Shown: positions 8,894-18,372 of the stretch, piece by piece
Position numbering within the stretch: the stretch's first letter is position 1
Layout: every line of letters begins with the position of its first letter
Assembly (NCBI GenBank): GCA_021797815.1
Contig: JAJZYZ010000001.1
Coordinates: 35,973 to 99,972 of the forward strand
DNA from: Bacillota bacterium
Lineage (GTDB): Bacteria; Bacillota; Sulfobacillia; Sulfobacillales; JAIMBI01
Reading direction: 5' to 3'
DNA: 64,000 nucleotides
The notes under the pieces: model-generated
Database searches by the model: none
The model's input: the letters and a program-made list of their open reading frames with translations, nothing else
What the model was told of the DNA's origin: nothing
Made by a program: the position numbers and the translations under genes

Positions 8894-9844
8894 TTGGCGA
8901 TTTTCGTGTCCCGGCGTTTTCTCCAGGCCATTCCGACCCTGGTGGGCCTGACTGTGGTCAGCTTTCTCCTGGTCCACATCGTGCCTGGCGGTCCGGCACA
9001 GGCCATGCTGGGTCCAAAAGCCACTCCGGTCCGGGTGGCGGCCATCGATCGGGAATTTGGGCTTAATCGGCCGCTTTACATCCAGTATTACGAATGGGTC
9101 GTCCAGCTCATTCACGGGAATCTCGGCATTTCCTACTTCTACAATCTCACCGTCACCCAGCTGTTTCTGATTACGCTCCCGCGCACGCTGGCCATCGTGG
9201 CGACGTCCATCGTGTTCTCGCACGTGGGGGCCATCTTGCTCGGATGCATCCAGGCCTACTGGCGCGACAGCTGGTTTGACCACGTGACCACGTCGGTGCT
9301 GTACTTCTTCTACTCGATGCCGACGTTCTGGCTCGCCATCGTGGTGCTCATCATCTTCTCGCTGGATCTGAACCTTTTTCCGCCCGGCGGCATCACGGAC
9401 CCGACCGGCGTGCAGAATTTTTGGGACTGGGCGGCACATGTCACGCTTCCGGTCTTTACCCTGGTCATCGCGACGATGGCGGGCTGGACACGGTTCATGC
9501 GCACGACCATGGTGGACACCCTGGTGCAGGACTATGTCAGAACGGCGCGCGCCAAGGGACTCTCCGAGTTTATGGTCGTGTTCAAGCACGCCCTCCGGAA
9601 TGCGCTTCTGCCGCTCGTGACGCTGTTTGGTTACAACATCCCGGCGCTGTTCTCGGGAGCCCTCTTCATCGAGGTGGTGTTCAACTACCCCGGCATGGGC
9701 CTTCTTCTGTACAACTCCGCCATCAAGCGCGACTATCCGGTCATCATGGCCGGTGTTCTCGTCACCGGCGTCCTGGTCGTGGCCGGCAACCTGATTGCGG
9801 ACATCCTCTATGCGGTGGTGGACCCCCGCATCCGCTACGACTGA
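8894..9844 (+). CDS. Peptide/nickel ABC transporter permease (OppB/DppB family)
   Basis: HIVPGGPA, GNLGISY, EAA loop DYVRTARAKGL, HALRNA and C-terminal DPRIRY; TTG start 8894 inferred from RBS. Confidence 0.92.
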   Translation: MAIFVSRRFLQAIPTLVGLTVVSFLLVHIVPGGPAQAMLGPKATPVRVAAIDREFGLNRPLYIQYYEWVVQLIHGNLGISYFYNLTVTQLFLITLPRTLAIVATSIVFSHVGAILLGCIQAYWRDSWFDHVTTSVLYFFYSMPTFWLAIVVLIIFSLDLNLFPPGGITDPTGVQNFWDWAAHVTLPVFTLVIATMAGWTRFMRTTMVDTLVQDYVRTARAKGLSEFMVVFKHALRNALLPLVTLFGYNIPALFSGALFIEVVFNYPGMGLLLYNSAIKRDYPVIMAGVLVTGVLVVAGNLIADILYAVVDPRIRYD

Positions 9845-9871
9845 GCTCTCGCGAGGCGCGACGGTCGGCGT

Positions 9872-10768
9872 CTACCGCGAGAACCGCGTGATGACGCCGT
9901 CTATGCCGGCCGCAAACGCCGCCGCATCTTGGTGGCGCGCGCCGAACACCGCTTCCTGGAGGGCGAACGTACCCTCGTAAAAATCTATCCGCTCGCGCAT
10001 GGAGGAGTCCACGGGATACCCCGTGTCGGAAAGCGCCAGATCGCCGAAGCTTGCATGAAACGCGGCCAGATCCAGCGCGGGGTCTCCGAAGCCGGCTTCC
10101 GTGAAGTCAAGCACGCCCGTGGCGTGTCCCGTGTTCGGATCCCATAAGAGGTTGGTCGTGCCGAAGTCGCCATGAATCAGGGTCGCAGGGGTGTCCAGGC
10201 GCCCGGCCAAAAACGCCTCGAAGTGTCGTCGCAGGCGCGCCTCGACTGTAGGTGGCAGGTGGTCGAACACCGTCTCTTCGGCATCGCGGTAAAGAGAGGC
10301 CCAGTCGTCGTCCGCCGGCGGGCCATAGGGGCTCGCGCCGGTCGCATGCAGGGCCAGAAGGAATCCACCGAAGTCCCGGGCGAGGCTTTGCCGAACGGGA
10401 AGGGCCAGCCGGCTCCAGACTTCGGGCGCCAGAGGCTCTCCTGACAGCCTGGCATAGGCGAAATATGAGAGGCCGTGCTCTTCGAAGAATGCGTAGAGCG
10501 GCCGGGGAACCGGGAGAGGAAGGGGAATCGGCAGCTCTTCCGGGAGTGAAAGGAGGAACCCATGCTCACGCTGCAGGCGCGCCGCACTTTCGGACCCGGG
10601 ATGGCGTGCGACCCGCACCATGATCCCCGGGTTCTCTCCGAAGCAGAACAGCATATGATGCTGGCCGCCAGCGGCCGCGCGCACAGGACCAGTCGGACAG
10701 TCTGGCCACGTCCGCCTGATGGCGTTCAGCATCGCGGTCTCTTCCTCATGGCGGGCCGCGTCGCTCAT
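9872..10768 (-). CDS. Aminoglycoside phosphotransferase family protein
   Basis: Canonical HGDFGTTN and GVLDF motifs, GDPALDLA; GGAGG RBS. Confidence 0.88.
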   Translation of the reverse strand: MSDAARHEEETAMLNAIRRTWPDCPTGPVRAAAGGQHHMLFCFGENPGIMVRVARHPGSESAARLQREHGFLLSLPEELPIPLPLPVPRPLYAFFEEHGLSYFAYARLSGEPLAPEVWSRLALPVRQSLARDFGGFLLALHATGASPYGPPADDDWASLYRDAEETVFDHLPPTVEARLRRHFEAFLAGRLDTPATLIHGDFGTTNLLWDPNTGHATGVLDFTEAGFGDPALDLAAFHASFGDLALSDTGYPVDSSMRERIDFYEGTFALQEAVFGARHQDAAAFAAGIDGVITRFSR

Positions 10769-11087
10769 CGTAATGGCCTCCAGCTAAATGGCCGCCAAAC
10801 CGGAAAACGGCCGCGTGGCGAGCCGGAGTCGGTTGACCGCCGGAAGCTTCGAGCTTGCGTCTTCTGTCTTCCGTCCTGGCTGCTTCCTTCAGGTTTCCCG
10901 CTTCCCCTGTCCTTCTTCCTGCTTTCTTCCTCCCGTCCTCCGCGGTTCCTCCGACAATGACGGAAGGATGGGCGAGCGGCGGAGGTCCTCCCCCAGATGC
11001 AAGCACTGTCCGCCCAAGACCGTCTGGTACGATGACGGCGCACGGCCCGGGGGCCGCCTCTTCTCCAGATCTCAAAGGGGGTTCATT

Positions 11088-11972
11088 ATGGCGCGGAGCC
11101 GGGCCGATGCGCGGCGGACGCGGACATCGTTTGACCGTGTGGCTGCCCTCTACGACCGATATCGGGATCCCCCTCCGGAGGTGGTCCTCCGCCATGCGAT
11201 CGAGGTGGCGGCCCTCGGACCCGAGAGCCGGGTGCTGGAAGTGGGCGGGGGAACCGGCCAGCTGAGCCTCCCGCTGGCGCGGCTCGGACTCGATCTGACA
11301 GTTGTTGAGATGGGTCCCCATCTCGCTCGGATAGCCCGTGATAAGCTTCGCGCGTTTCCTAGGGCCCGCGTCCATGTGGCTGCCTTCGAGTCCTGGACGC
11401 CGCCGCCGGCGCCTTTTGACGCGGTCGTATCCTGCAACGCCTTTCACTGGCTCGACCCCGCCGTCCGGTTGGTACGGAGCGGGGACGTGCTTCTTCCCGG
11501 CGGGATCCTTGGCATTATTCATCCGCACCATGTGCGGGGAGGGACCCCGGGCTTCGTCCGCCGGACCCAGCCCCTCTACATGGAATGGGGCCTCAGTGAC
11601 GACCCCGAATTCATGCCGCCGACACCGTCCGAGCTGTCACCGATTTACCCGGAAATCGACATCGACGGCCGTTTCACCGACGTCCACCGCCAGCGGTTTC
11701 CCGTCCTCCGGGCCTACACCACCGACGCCTACGTGGGTTTGCTGCAGACCGACTCCCTCATCCTGGGCATGGAATCCGAGGCAGACCGCCAGGGGTTTCT
11801 GAGCGACATACGTGCCCTCATTGACGGAGAGTTCGAGGGAAGGGTCGTCCGTCAATATGTTTACGAGGTTGTCACGGGGCGGCGGACGGAACCGCCGTCG
11901 GAAAAGACGGCGGGACCCGTGGCCGCACGACAAGACGGCGCGGCGTCCCGGCCGTCAGGCTCTCTTATGTAA
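11088..11972 (+). CDS. Class I SAM-dependent methyltransferase
   Basis: SFDRVAALYDRYR, motif I VLEVGGGTG, FDAVVSCNAFHWLD; ATG 11088 after AAAGGGGG. Confidence 0.9.
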   Translation: MARSRADARRTRTSFDRVAALYDRYRDPPPEVVLRHAIEVAALGPESRVLEVGGGTGQLSLPLARLGLDLTVVEMGPHLARIARDKLRAFPRARVHVAAFESWTPPPAPFDAVVSCNAFHWLDPAVRLVRSGDVLLPGGILGIIHPHHVRGGTPGFVRRTQPLYMEWGLSDDPEFMPPTPSELSPIYPEIDIDGRFTDVHRQRFPVLRAYTTDAYVGLLQTDSLILGMESEADRQGFLSDIRALIDGEFEGRVVRQYVYEVVTGRRTEPPSEKTAGPVAARQDGAASRPSGSLM

Positions 11973-12711
11973 GCGACTTGCCTCCGTCCGCCCCCAGCAC
12001 CTGGCCGGTGATGAACCGGGCGGCACCCGACAGGAGGAAGGCGACGGCGGGCGCCACATCATCCGGTTCTCCCCACCGCCCGAGCGGCGTCTCCGCCTGA
12101 ACCTGGGCGGCAAACTCCGGGTCCTCCCAGCCGTCCCGGTTCATGTCGGTTCGGATGAAGCCGGGGAAGACGGCGTTGACGCGGATGTCCGGCGCGAGCT
12201 CTGTCGCGAGGCTCCGGGTCAGATGATTGAGGCCGGCCTTGCTGGCCTGGTAGGGGTACGCGCCGGGGGAGGCCGTAACCCCCAGGATGGAGCTCAGGTT
12301 TACCACTGAACCGCGCCCGCGTCTCAGGGCCGGCGCCAGATCGCGGATGAGGAAGAAGGGCGCCGAAAGATTGATGGCGAGCACGCGATCCCATTCTGCG
12401 TCTGAGGTGCCCGCAAGCTCCCGCCCTTCGTATACGCCGGCGTTGTTGACGAGTCCCCAAAGGGTGTCCGTGGCGCCGCGCACCTGGTGTGACAGCTCTG
12501 CCGCTCCCTTGCGCGTCGACAGGTCCGCCTGCAGGACCGTCACGGTCGCGCCCAGGTTCCGGCAGTCTTCCGCCGTGGTTTCGGCCGACTTCGGATCATG
12601 TCCGTAGTGGAGCAGCAGATCGTGGCCGGACTGCGCCAGAAGAAGACAGATGGCCCTCCCGATGCCGCGGCCCCCGCCCGTCACCAGCACCGGCGCCTGC
12701 ACGTTGTCCAC
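11965..12711 (-). CDS. SDR family oxidoreductase (FabG-like)
   Basis: TGGGRGIG, NNAG, YQASK, PGFIRTDM; GTG 12711 chosen from GGAGG spacing (alternative 12753). Confidence 0.92.
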   Translation of the reverse strand: MDNVQAPVLVTGGGRGIGRAICLLLAQSGHDLLLHYGHDPKSAETTAEDCRNLGATVTVLQADLSTRKGAAELSHQVRGATDTLWGLVNNAGVYEGRELAGTSDAEWDRVLAINLSAPFFLIRDLAPALRRGRGSVVNLSSILGVTASPGAYPYQASKAGLNHLTRSLATELAPDIRVNAVFPGFIRTDMNRDGWEDPEFAAQVQAETPLGRWGEPDDVAPAVAFLLSGAARFITGQVLGADGGKSLT

Positions 12712-12919
12712 GAGATCCCTCCCGTGCACAGTATTCGCCGCCTGCGGGTCCACACTCCTTGTCGATGAACCGGGCCGGGGGGCGCCGTGCTTCGCGACCC
12801 CGACGAAAAAACCGACACGGCCGGATGCGAAAGGATCGGACGGCGCACCATCAAATACCTCCGTGTTGAGGAGTCGAGCGGAATCGGATGCATGTCATGC
12901 CAATCGGGAGGAATGTCGG

Positions 12920-13594
12920 GTGAAGTTGACGGAGGGAATCACGACGCGCGAGGAGATCCGGCTCCGGGTCGAGGGGCACCTCGTGCCTATCGTCGAGTTG
13001 GATCTGGATGCCCGGCACGCGGTGTACTTCGAGCATCACACGATTCTCGCGAAGGATCCCGGACTCACTATCGGTCTTCGGCCCATGCGGGGCGCCATTC
13101 GCCGGATGATGGCGGGGCTTCCTGTCTTGCTGACGCAGGCAGCGGGTCCGGGCCACCTCTCCCTGTCTCGGGACGGCGTGGGCGAAATCGTGGCGCTCGA
13201 TCTGAATGGGGAAGAAGTTGACGTTCTGGAGCATCGCTTCCTCGCCGCCAGCGCCTCTGTCGAGTACAGCGTGCAGCGGGTGCGGGGCATCAAGAATCTC
13301 TTGGGGTCCGGTACCGGCTTCTTCATGGATCGCTTCTCCGGTCAGGGGCTTCTCGTGATGCACGGCTATGGGGACGTGCTGGAACGCACACTTGAGAGCG
13401 GGGAAAGTGTGGATCTCGATCCCATGGCCTGGCTCTACAAAGATTCAACCGTGCGCATGGATACTCACATGGTCGGGGTGACGACAGGACTTTTCGGCGG
13501 CAGCGGGTTTGTGATGAGCCGCTTCACGGGTCCCGGTCGGCTCGCGTATCAATCCCTCGACCCCCTCGCTCCGATGGAGGCTACAAAGGAGTAG
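12920..13594 (+). CDS. AIM24 family protein
   Basis: G-rich AIM24 pattern (GPGHLSL, FLAAS, GTGFFMDRFSGQGLLVMHGYGD, RFTGPGRLAYQS); GTG start after GGAGG. Confidence 0.85.
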   Translation: MKLTEGITTREEIRLRVEGHLVPIVELDLDARHAVYFEHHTILAKDPGLTIGLRPMRGAIRRMMAGLPVLLTQAAGPGHLSLSRDGVGEIVALDLNGEEVDVLEHRFLAASASVEYSVQRVRGIKNLLGSGTGFFMDRFSGQGLLVMHGYGDVLERTLESGESVDLDPMAWLYKDSTVRMDTHMVGVTTGLFGGSGFVMSRFTGPGRLAYQSLDPLAPMEATKE

Positions 13595-13701
13595 GGCGCC
13601 CCTCTCATCAGTGTCGGGCGCGTTCTGCGGGCAGCCGCGAGAGACCCGCCGGGGCGCGATTTGGCCCGGGCGGCTCTCCGTTTCCCGTGGAGACTCAGAG
13701 C

Positions 13702-14112
13702 TCAAGGGCGGGCCGACTGGTTTAAGCTCACGGCTTCGCGTACAAGGGCCCGGAAGGCCGCCTCATCCAAGGCATCGTGTTCACGGATATCAAGAGCCCG
13801 CCGCGTGCGCCCCTCGAGGCTCGAGTTGAAAAGCCCCGAGGGGTCTTCCAGTGACGCCCCTTTAAAGAACGTAAGCTTTACCACGGATTTGTACGTCTCG
13901 CCGGTGCAGATGGGGCCGTGGCAATACCAGACCGGTACGCCAGGACTCGACGCCTTCTGCCATTTCCACTCCTCGGTGACGTTGGGCGCGGCGTCCCGGA
14001 TAAGGGCGCGGACCCGGGCGAGGGTCTGTCCCCGCCAGTCGTCGAGTCCCGCGATGTGCGCGTCTATCTGCTGCGAACCTGATGAAGCCGCATCCGACGA
14101 GCCGCTTCCCAT
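13702..14112 (-). CDS. DUF1801 (YdhG-like) domain protein
   Basis: IDAHIAGLDDWRGQTLARVRALI...EEWKW...ICTGETYKSVVKLTFFKGASLEDPSGLFNSSLEG. Confidence 0.9.
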   Translation of the reverse strand: MGSGSSDAASSGSQQIDAHIAGLDDWRGQTLARVRALIRDAAPNVTEEWKWQKASSPGVPVWYCHGPICTGETYKSVVKLTFFKGASLEDPSGLFNSSLEGRTRRALDIREHDALDEAAFRALVREAVSLNQSARP

Positions 14113-14368
14113 AGTGTCCCTACCCCCGTTTTGGAACCGTGTCCACATACTAGCCGACGAGGTGGGGTGCCGAAAGCGGCGCCTAACGGGCATCTCAGGG
14201 TCGTGATCCGGCAGGGACCCGCCTCCGGGGTTCGCGACCCCGACGGCGCGGCCGCCCGGATAGATGAACGAACGAAAGAAAGACCGGATGACGGGACGGC
14301 GGAAGCGCGGGATGAGCGTACGCAGAGTCGCCACGACGGACTCAGATTACACCCCGCTCGAGACCCGG

Positions 14369-15580
14369 TCATGGCGCCAGCGTCACACGCCAGGGTGACC
14401 AGGTGCGGCCGGCCCCTGACGTCTCGTACATCTCCGTCATGCTGAGGACCCAACCCGGGCCGCCTGGCAAGATGCTGGCGGCCGTTGCCACGGACATCGG
14501 GATGCGGCTCACAAGATGCCACCGCGGCCCGGCGGCATGGGTGACGGTGAGGGCGTACTCCTCTGTGCTGCGGCCGGTCGGCACCAAAAGCCAGCGGCCT
14601 CCCACCACGAGAAAATTATCGGGCAGCAGGGGATAAACAGGGGCTGTCAGCGTCCCCAGCGGCAAGGGGTGCGGCCACGGACTCGCGGTAGAGGTAAAGC
14701 TGGTTCCCTGATTGGTGGTTGCGTAGACCAGAAGATCCTGGGTCTTCGGGGTCACGTCATATGTTACCGGGATAAGAGCCACCCCGCCCGACCCCAGACT
14801 CGGCATCCCTTCCGCGGTCTCGGTTTGAAGAGCGGCCGACGGCAGCGCCAGCCGGACGGAAGACCAGGTGATTCCCCCGTTTCGGGTCACAAGCACCTCG
14901 GCCCGATCAAATACGACCGTGTTCTCGGTCGCGATGCCCCAGCCGCTTTTCGCAAACGCGACAGCGGTCACGTCTTCGAACACGGACGGGCCGGTGACGG
15001 AAGGGCGTTGCAGGAGATTCCAGCTGGTCCCTTCGTCGGACGTGGCCAAGAGCGCGCCTTCCGTGCTGCCGGCATTGTCCGGCGAGACCAGGAGCAGCCA
15101 GCCACGGGACGCGGACACAAACTGGACCTGCACCATGCCGCCCGCCACAGCCCCGCCGACACGCGACGGGATGTCGACGCGATGCGCGATCCATCGCTGG
15201 CCGCCGTCGGTCGTTTCATATACGGACGCACGGAGAGTCGACCCGTCTGATGTGGCGACGGCCACCACCCCCACGTTCGAGGTGGGGTAGGAGGACGCCA
15301 CTTCTGTGCTCGACGCACTGGCGGAGGACGGCGCCGCAAAGACGCGCGTCCAGTGGCTCCCGCTATCTGTGGTCCGGTAAACGACGGTGCCCGCCGTCGC
15401 CCACCCTACCCTCGCCGTGTCCATATGAATGGTCGAGAAGCGCACGCGCCTTGGGGAGACCCCGGCCGACGGGGCTAACTTCGCGGTTGGCCTGCCGGGC
15501 TTCCCGCCCGCGACCGCACCACAGCCGACCAGCAGCAAAACGGCAAGCAGGACGGCTGCTGCGTGACCGGCAGGCTTCAC
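14369..15580 (-). CDS. Lipoprotein with Asp-box (BNR) repeats, beta-propeller
   Basis: Lipobox LVGC; Asp-boxes TTDSGSHW, TTDGGQRW, TSDEGTSW, TRNGGITW, TTNQGTSF, TSGAGRTW. Confidence 0.82.
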   Translation of the reverse strand: MKPAGHAAAVLLAVLLLVGCGAVAGGKPGRPTAKLAPSAGVSPRRVRFSTIHMDTARVGWATAGTVVYRTTDSGSHWTRVFAAPSSASASSTEVASSYPTSNVGVVAVATSDGSTLRASVYETTDGGQRWIAHRVDIPSRVGGAVAGGMVQVQFVSASRGWLLLVSPDNAGSTEGALLATSDEGTSWNLLQRPSVTGPSVFEDVTAVAFAKSGWGIATENTVVFDRAEVLVTRNGGITWSSVRLALPSAALQTETAEGMPSLGSGGVALIPVTYDVTPKTQDLLVYATTNQGTSFTSTASPWPHPLPLGTLTAPVYPLLPDNFLVVGGRWLLVPTGRSTEEYALTVTHAAGPRWHLVSRIPMSVATAASILPGGPGWVLSMTEMYETSGAGRTWSPWRVTLAP

Positions 15581-15819
15581 CGGAACACCTCTTCACCGGG
15601 CCCCAACACCGCGGCTTCGTGTGCCAAAACGTCGTTTGGGCCCATGGGGTGGCGGTCCAGCGTGAGCGGTTCGCCCCCGGTCCGGGTCGGGTCTCGCAAG
15701 GACATGGGATCTCTGCGGCATAGCTCGGTGCGGGATTGCGGCTGCTTAGCAGGAGCCCCGGGCCGCGGACGATGAGGCGACCAAGTCCGGGGCTCATGAT
15801 GAGCGGTAGTTTCCGTGCG

Positions 15820-16455
15820 TCACCAGTTGTTGGCCGTGATGGGCTTCTCAAAGACGGTGCCGCACGGGGAGCCGAAGGCTCGGATTGTGCCGGCGGTTCC
15901 GCTAACGGTCAGGGCCCCGTGATCTTTCGTCGGAGTCACCTGCAGGAGCGCCGACGCAGGGCAAGCGTCCGGTGAGTCATTGTTGCCGTCGGGATACCAG
16001 AGCTCAAACCAGGCGCTCCCGTGCGGCGGCAGGACGACCGTTCTCTCCTCCGATTGCTCATAGAGGGTAATGCCGTTGTCGAGGGTAATGAGTCCGTAGG
16101 CAGCGGGCTCATGCACGATGTGGCTCTGCATGATCTGCCCGTCTGCGGCCTTTAGTTCCAGGGTCGGGTACCCGTACAAGGTACACGGGCGGGGCCCCCT
16201 GTTCGTGAACTGGTATACGCGGTCGAGGCTGCCGGCGGCGGCCGCATTCTCCACCAGCGCCAGAGAGAGCTCCTCAGTGGTGCAGGCCAGCGCCGACGGG
16301 GCCGGCGCCTCCGACGGCGCATGTACGATTTCTGTCCGGGTACGATGGAGGACCGTGTGGTGTGACGGGGCGGCACCCCGCACAGGGGTTCCGCAGGCCG
16401 TCAGCATAAGGCCCAAAATCACGGCGGCCACGGCACCCCCGTAAACACTGCCCAT
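15820..16455 (-). CDS. DUF4232 domain lipoprotein
   Basis: Lipobox LTAC; ACTTEELSL...AAAGS...FTNRGPRPCTLYGYP...VVLPPHGSA...LQVTP pattern. Confidence 0.82.
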   Translation of the reverse strand: MGSVYGGAVAAVILGLMLTACGTPVRGAAPSHHTVLHRTRTEIVHAPSEAPAPSALACTTEELSLALVENAAAAGSLDRVYQFTNRGPRPCTLYGYPTLELKAADGQIMQSHIVHEPAAYGLITLDNGITLYEQSEERTVVLPPHGSAWFELWYPDGNNDSPDACPASALLQVTPTKDHGALTVSGTAGTIRAFGSPCGTVFEKPITANNW

Positions 16456-16564
16456 GAGGGGACCTCCTTCTCTGCCATCCCTCCCTATAAACGTCGCGGC
16501 CGTCGCGGTCGTCCTCGTGAAGCCTTCGGAGGCACGACGTCAGGATGATTCGGTACGCGGCTCT

Positions 16565-17431
16565 TTAAAGTGCCTCCAGCGCGTCGGCTACGGCGACGGC
16601 CAGGTCAATCCCAAGCCGGGGCGCCCGTCCTTCGGGATCGCCGGGTGGATTGATGGACGAAAGGGCCATGGCGACCAGAGGAACCGTTTGGGCTGTGGCG
16701 ACCACCGACTCCAAAAGCCGTTCTCGTGAGGGCCAGTAGGGCGCGGGGGTGACCACGCCCGGGGCCTCGGGCCCCGCGACGTCCATATCGATATGGAGGT
16801 ACCAGGCGCTCGAGGCGCCACGCCGTGGTCCCAGGATCGCGCGCACGTTTGCCGGCGTCAGATCCCGGGCATCGAGGTGCGCGAGGCCCTCCCGTTTGAT
16901 GGCGTCGACCTCGGCCGCATCCAGATCGCTGGTGCCAAGAATCGCGGCGGCCTCGGGGGGCACCGGGCGGGCCAGGCCGGCCGCCTCACGCCAGTCGGGA
17001 AAGTCCCATCCCAGCGCGACGGCATACGGCATGCCACCCCAGAATCCCGTCTCGGAGGTGCGCATAGTGTGCATGTCGCCGTGCGCGTCGTACCACGCGA
17101 TCCCCACCTCTCCGTATTCCCGGAAGATGCCGCCCGCGACCCCTGGCGCATGCGTGCAGTTGCCCGTAAGGGCCAGAACCAGCGTGTCTCGCCGATGAAG
17201 CGCCGAGGACACCAGATCAGACGCGGACGCATTGATCCGGGCAAGATTGGTGACCGTGTCGCGCGTCCGCCGCTCAGGGGGCAAGTGAGCAAACACCGGC
17301 TCCCCCACGGTATGTCCGTGTTGCTCGAGCGCCCTCACAAGACCGTGCTCGAGAAAAAATTCCGGACCCCCGGCATAGCCCCAGCGACCGATGTCATGCC
17401 CGTAGGGCACCGCGACCACCGCGATCTTCAT
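16565..17431 (-). CDS. Arginase/ureohydrolase family protein
   Basis: WYDAHGDMHT and HIDMDV metal motifs; the GGDH motif appears as TGNC. Confidence 0.85.
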   Translation of the reverse strand: MKIAVVAVPYGHDIGRWGYAGGPEFFLEHGLVRALEQHGHTVGEPVFAHLPPERRTRDTVTNLARINASASDLVSSALHRRDTLVLALTGNCTHAPGVAGGIFREYGEVGIAWYDAHGDMHTMRTSETGFWGGMPYAVALGWDFPDWREAAGLARPVPPEAAAILGTSDLDAAEVDAIKREGLAHLDARDLTPANVRAILGPRRGASSAWYLHIDMDVAGPEAPGVVTPAPYWPSRERLLESVVATAQTVPLVAMALSSINPPGDPEGRAPRLGIDLAVAVADALEAL

Positions 17432-17559
17432 GGAGATTCTTCCTCCCCGCGCTTCACCTTGCGGACGAAATCGGGACCGGCTCGTGCCCCGGGGTCCTCC
17501 CGCATCTTAGCGCGGCCGCCCGAACACGGCCGGGCTAAGATGCGGTCATCGGACCGCTC

Positions 17560-18303
17560 TCAAGCATGCGGGCCCAACACCGCCCACAGCAGATATCCGC
17601 CGGTTCCGATCAGAATACAGAGCTGAAGCGCGCGAAACGCGGCGGGCGACAGGCGACCGAAGAGCTTCTGTCCCAGCACCGCGCCCACCGCCAGGGCGGG
17701 GAGCAGGAAGACCGAGCGGAGCAGCAGGTGTGGTGCGGCTCCTACCGTGAGCATCTGAAGCACGATGGCGGCACCGTACACCACCAGATAAAAGGCGAGG
17801 GTCGTGCTGCGCACGACGGCCTTACCCTCGCCCGCGCCCGTCATGTACGCGAGGAGCGGCGGGCCGGGGACTCCCACGCTGGTTCCGAAAAAGCCGCTCA
17901 GGAACCCTGCCCCCAGATCCCGGCCGGGGGAACGGGCGATGCGCACCCGGAACAAGAGGGGAAGGGCTACGGCCAGGATGGCAAATCCCAGGCCCAGTTT
18001 GATGTCCCGCGCCGACAGGGAGACGAAGGCCAGGATGCCGAGTGGCAGTCCGAGGATGCTCCCCAGCACCAGCCCGCGCAGCAGCGGCCGTTCCACGGCC
18101 GTGCGCGTCTTCACCAGCATGACCAGGGAGATGACGAGGGACAGCAGGATATTCATCTGGATGGCCTCGCGGGTCGGAAACAGGGTCAGGAGCACCGGCA
18201 CGGCCAGAAGCGAGAAACCGAAGCCATTGCTGATCTGCAGGGCCGAGGCCGCGAGAACGACCGCCGACGCTTCGATGATGACGTGCCAGGCTATCCCGCT
18301 GAT
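17560..18303 (-). CDS. TauE/SafE (TSUP) family transporter, probable non-canonical ATC start
   Basis: Hydrophobic ORF with SGFFGTSVGVPGPPL. The in-frame N-terminal ...ALQISNGFGFSLLAVP lies upstream of the first GTG (18201); AAGGAG is 6 nt before ATC at 18303. Confidence 0.85.
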   Translation of the reverse strand: MSGIAWHVIIEASAVVLAASALQISNGFGFSLLAVPVLLTLFPTREAIQMNILLSLVISLVMLVKTRTAVERPLLRGLVLGSILGLPLGILAFVSLSARDIKLGLGFAILAVALPLLFRVRIARSPGRDLGAGFLSGFFGTSVGVPGPPLLAYMTGAGEGKAVVRSTTLAFYLVVYGAAIVLQMLTVGAAPHLLLRSVFLLPALAVGAVLGQKLFGRLSPAAFRALQLCILIGTGGYLLWAVLGPHA

Positions 18304-18372
18304 ACGCGTCTCCTTTGTTTCACCCGTGTCACCTGTCTCGAATGGCGCTTGGGAGCGTTTTACGGGCGGCGC

